21,235 nt of DNA, from assembly GCA_964652335.1 (NCBI GenBank), contig CAZZDL010000014.1, positions 1 to 21,235 of the forward strand. Reading direction: 5' to 3'. Origin of the DNA: Candidatus Micrarchaeota archaeon. Its GTDB lineage: Archaea > B1Sed10-29 > WALL01 > WAMD01. Under the pieces are notes generated by a model. The model saw only the letters and a program-made list of their open reading frames with translations. It was not told the DNA's origin and did no database searches. Shown here piece by piece: positions 21,230 to 21,235 of the stretch; the first letter of the stretch is position 1; every line of letters starts with the position of its first letter. A program made the translations under genes and the position numbers.

Positions 21230-21235
21230 TAGAAC

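Noticed and set aside
21148..21235. tRNA as the att site of an integrated element
   Set aside because: No duplicated tRNA fragment or integrase was seen, and the window ends 6 nt after the tRNA, so the 3' side cannot be assessed

Overview
Archaeal chromosomal window. The right two-thirds is the conserved transcription/translation cluster: rpoH, split rpoB''/B', split rpoA'/A'', rpl30e, nusA, rps12, rps7, EF-2, EF-1alpha and rps10, followed by two tandem Yip1-like membrane-protein paralogs and tRNA-Ser(GGA). pyrB-pyrI lie at the left end on the minus strand. Between pyrB and rpoH is a ~5 kb accessory, DNA-repair-flavoured block: an Hjc-like PD-(D/E)xK nuclease, an orphan with a C-terminal PCNA-box-like motif, a DedA/VTT membrane protein, an MBL-fold hydrolase, and a co-oriented run of Ku, an RHH-like antitoxin, a MazF/PemK toxin, a minimal LigD-type ATP-dependent ligase and a UPF0282-like MBL hydrolase. 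Ku-based NHEJ is rare in archaea. The toxin-antitoxin pair is bracketed by a perfect 19-bp direct repeat (copies 540 bp apart), and removing it would place ku directly upstream of the ligase. All calls come from motif recognition by eye; no database searches were run.
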